A DNA stretch of 64,000 nucleotides, taken from the IMG/VR virus record IMGVR_UViG_3300032323_004296. The stretch is one strand, 5' to 3'. The notes beneath the pieces were generated by a model, which worked only from the letters and a program-made list of their open reading frames with translations, was not told the DNA's origin and did not search any database. The DNA comes from a virus. Taxonomy: Duplodnaviria > Heunggongvirae > Uroviricota > Caudoviricetes. A program made the position numbers and the translations under genes. Numbering within the stretch: the first letter of the stretch is position 1; every line of letters begins with the position of its first letter. Below, piece after piece: positions 63,988-64,000 of this stretch.

Positions 63988-64000
63988 CTTTCTCGTATAA

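Noticed and set aside
1-64000. CRISPR arrays, integrase/attachment sites, transposases
   Set aside because: No regularly spaced direct repeats with unique spacers were seen. No tyrosine/serine recombinase or DDE transposase motifs were recognised. tRNAs are present, but there is no adjacent integrase to suggest an integration site.

Overview
The window is AT-rich (about one-third GC) and densely packed with short ORFs that are mostly co-directional. It looks like part of a large virulent phage genome (T4-like or jumbo style) that infects a Bacteroidetes/Flavobacteriia-type host.

Evidence for phage origin:
- Two HNH endonucleases.
- A lysis cassette: a peptidoglycan-binding GH19 endolysin, a small TM holin-like ORF, and a second M15 peptidase.
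- A secreted non-specific nuclease.
- A tRNA-Phe, a tRNA-Ser and a 157-nt tRNA-like RNA.
- A ThyA-like gene, truncated at the window edge.
- Many tiny genes of unknown function with hairpin-plus-T-run terminators.

Evidence for a Bacteroidetes host:
- A recurrent Bacteroidetes-type -7 promoter element (TAnnTTTG / TTTGTATTTAT) sits immediately upstream of many starts.
- Several proteins carry lipobox or signal peptides.

Auxiliary genes include:
- A PduO-type cob(I)alamin adenosyltransferase.
- A NUDIX hydrolase.
- Pterin-4a-carbinolamine dehydratase.
- A glycan module (GT2, GT2-TPR, UDP-galactopyranose mutase, TylF-type and FkbM-type methyltransferases).
- Cyclophilin, FeoA-like and SPFH proteins.
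- A tandem-PAS membrane protein.

The most striking feature is three families of conserved ~20-aa N-terminal leader peptides:
- Family A: MKKIVRLTESELVRLVNKV..EQ
- Family B: MKYIITEEQY
- Family C: MNLQENIQRIKEMMGI

They are fused to at least 17 otherwise unrelated small proteins, concentrated at 30.5-38.2 kb. Each leader contains an (L/I)xE motif like the T4 prohead-protease cleavage site and capsid-targeting sequence. This suggests a diversified arsenal of capsid-packaged, co-injected proteins.

Other notable features:
- A 1.8-kb ORF-poor structured RNA region containing an HNH ORF and a tRNA-like arm.
- An iteron- and DnaA-box-rich candidate origin.
- Paralogous CxxCxGxG zinc-ribbon repeat proteins.
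- A dispersed family of small HExxH proteins.

All calls come from reading the sequence and ORF track by eye. No searches were run.
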